From sequence record ON529852.1: a DNA stretch of 64,000 nucleotides; one strand, given 5' to 3'. Positions 62,255-64,000 of this stretch are shown here, piece after piece. Below the pieces are notes generated by a model that saw only the letters and a program-made list of their open reading frames with translations, was not told where the DNA came from and ran no database searches. Each line of letters opens with the position of its first letter. Position 1 is the first letter of the stretch. The position numbers were made by a program, and so were the translations under genes.

Positions 62255-64000
62255 TTAGTCCAACTCCAGTTCGGACCAATCCCGCACTTCAACGAGGGGG
62301 ATGGAGTCCCAGGACCGATAGGTCCAAAAATCATGCTTCATGTTGAGGTGATCGGTGTCGAAGCGGACCCCGATGTGGAACTCGGCGCTGTCCATCGTCA
62401 GCACTTCCGGCGGGGTGAACGCCACGCCGTCGAAGTCCGTGGAATAGACGGAGGACGGGTCGATGACGGCGATGCCGCCAAAGGCGCCGACGTATTTCCG
62501 GTCAGGGTCGTAAACCTGGTATTCGCCGCCGGATTCAGGGGTCCGCCGGGAGACCAGGACGCCGGACTCGGTATTGATGCTCCACATCCGGTCGCCGAAC
62601 GGCGTGCCGGTGCCGCGCACCCAGCACAGTTCGCCGTTCAGCACCGTCTGGCCGTTGGTCAGGGCGTGGAAGGGCGTCAGGGACGGCGGCATACGCCGCG
62701 TCCAAGCCCATTTCCCTTCCTCGGGCAGAAACAGGCCGCACCAGTAGTCGTAGCTGTAGGACGAATTGTTGATCCCCTCCTCGCCATTCCAGAAGATCAG
62801 GAGCCCTTCGGTCTTCTTGTCGTAGAAGACGGCGTCGGGGCGGGCCGTGCTCGCCCCCCATTCGATCGCCGTCCACATCGTGCCGCCGAACCAGATCGAC
62901 AGGGCGCATCCGTGACCCGGAGAGGAGTCGGGGAGGAAGTGCACGAAGGCGAAACCGTTCAGCTTGTAAGGGCACGCGCCACGATACCGCTGCGAGATCA
63001 GGCTGCCGCCGAACCGCCCCAGATCGGCGACCATGGTCAAGGTCTCCGTCGAGTAGATGCGCACATAGCCGAAGCTGTCGCCGTTGAGCAGGTACTGCTC
63101 ATTGGAGGACACGCATCCCGGTACGATCGGTTCCTGGATGGCGGGGTTCCAAATGGTCGCCGGAGGACCCTTGGCGACGTATTGCATCGTCCGCCCGTCC
63201 ACCTTCACCAGGGTGTTCGCCATTGTCAGGTAGACCATGCCGGCCGGGCTGACGCCGACGATGTGGTCGAAGGCCTCGCCGCCAGGCACCTGCATCGTCA
63301 GGTGGGTGGCCTGGGCGTCTTCCTTGGCTGTCGGCAGGTGGAACCGACGCAGAACGAAATAGCCCAGACCCGTGCCCGCCCAGCCTCGGACGAAAGCATG
63401 CCCGGACTCCGAGGCGTAGAACAGGACCGGTCGGGTCACCGAGCCGCTGGCGTAGCTGTTGCCGAGCAGGGCGCCGGGATCGAACGGAGGCAGGAAGGTC
63501 ACGCGCTGATAAGGCGTCGTCGCCGCGTAACGACCGCCCCACATCGGCGTGTTCAGGGTCAGCTTGCCGGTGTTGTAGTCCAGCTTGTAGTTGCGGGACG
63601 CCGAGATCGACTTCGTCAAGGTCGATCCATCGATCTGAACGCCCTTTTCGGAGTTCCACTCCACCTTCTCGATCCGGCGCGTCGTCAGGAACTCCTGACC
63701 GGTCGCCGACGTGTTCCGATATTCCTTGTGAAGCTGGTAGACGTGCGTGGCGTAGTCGCCCTGACCGAGGGTGACGTTCTCCAGCCTATAGTCGTTGAAG
63801 TCCTTGAACCGAAACCCGTAGGCCCGGCCGCACCGGTTCATGAAGAAGGTCGTCAGGGCTTCGGCCTGGGCCTGCGACTTGACGCCGTGACTGACGTCGT
63901 ATTCCGCACGGGTTTCGGGCCAGTGGTCGACCCGCGCCTCGAAGCCGGAGTCCGCTTCCCAGACCGAGGTCTTGAACTTCGGTCCGCCCGACGATCCATA
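62255..64000 (-). CDS. second DUF2460-family protein with ~350-aa insertion (5' end outside the window)
   Basis: Frame stays open to the window edge (YGSSGGPKFKTSVWEADSG...); GRAYGFRFKDFND; C-terminal EFHIGVRFDTD. Confidence 0.82.
   Translation of the reverse strand, partial: YGSSGGPKFKTSVWEADSGFEARVDHWPETRAEYDVSHGVKSQAQAEALTTFFMNRCGRAYGFRFKDFNDYRLENVTLGQGDYATHVYQLHKEYRNTSATGQEFLTTRRIEKVEWNSEKGVQIDGSTLTKSISASRNYKLDYNTGKLTLNTPMWGGRYAATTPYQRVTFLPPFDPGALLGNSYASGSVTRPVLFYASESGHAFVRGWAGTGLGYFVLRRFHLPTAKEDAQATHLTMQVPGGEAFDHIVGVSPAGMVYLTMANTLVKVDGRTMQYVAKGPPATIWNPAIQEPIVPGCVSSNEQYLLNGDSFGYVRIYSTETLTMVADLGRFGGSLISQRYRGACPYKLNGFAFVHFLPDSSPGHGCALSIWFGGTMWTAIEWGASTARPDAVFYDKKTEGLLIFWNGEEGINNSSYSYDYWCGLFLPEEGKWAWTRRMPPSLTPFHALTNGQTVLNGELCWVRGTGTPFGDRMWSINTESGVLVSRRTPESGGEYQVYDPDRKYVGAFGGIAVIDPSSVYSTDFDGVAFTPPEVLTMDSAEFHIGVRFDTDHLNMKHDFWTYRSWDSIPLVEVRDWSELELD

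Overview
This is a GC-rich segment of a large alphaproteobacterial siphophage, most likely a phiCbK-like Caulobacter/Brevundimonas jumbo phage (inferred from gene content and an alpha-type two-piece tmRNA). Layout: 1-7.5 kb, small early-type genes plus a NADAR protein, an RNA ligase, a MazG-like protein and a SNF2 helicase (+ strand). 7.6-13.3 kb, an RNA-gene island: three tRNAs, a permuted tmRNA, several unexplained structured RNAs including a ~917-nt one, and a Ro60/TROVE gene preceded by five tandem Y-RNA-like units. 13.5-36 kb, a repressor-like gene and a minus-strand replication/nucleotide-metabolism block (dut, nrdB-Grx fusion, intein-containing nrdA, thyX, dNMP kinase, RecD-like helicase, Cas4-like nuclease, DnaQ exonuclease, T7-like PolA, three methyltransferases). 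36.2-37.2 kb, a convergent pair of candidate large ncRNAs. 37.3-40 kb, lysis genes. 40-42 kb, a class II aaRS-like gene, a MazG-like gene and an MptE/DUF115-like gene. 42-64 kb, tail genes with a 2554-aa fibre and a duplicated DUF2460/tail-hub set. The most striking signal is the RNA layer: the Ro60 gene with its Y-RNA array, the tmRNA, and at least four large structured RNA candidates, two of which share a repeated CUGA-N3-GAACGCC...GGCGUGAC-type module and a 3' tail. All family calls come from motif recognition by eye; no database search or folding program was run.
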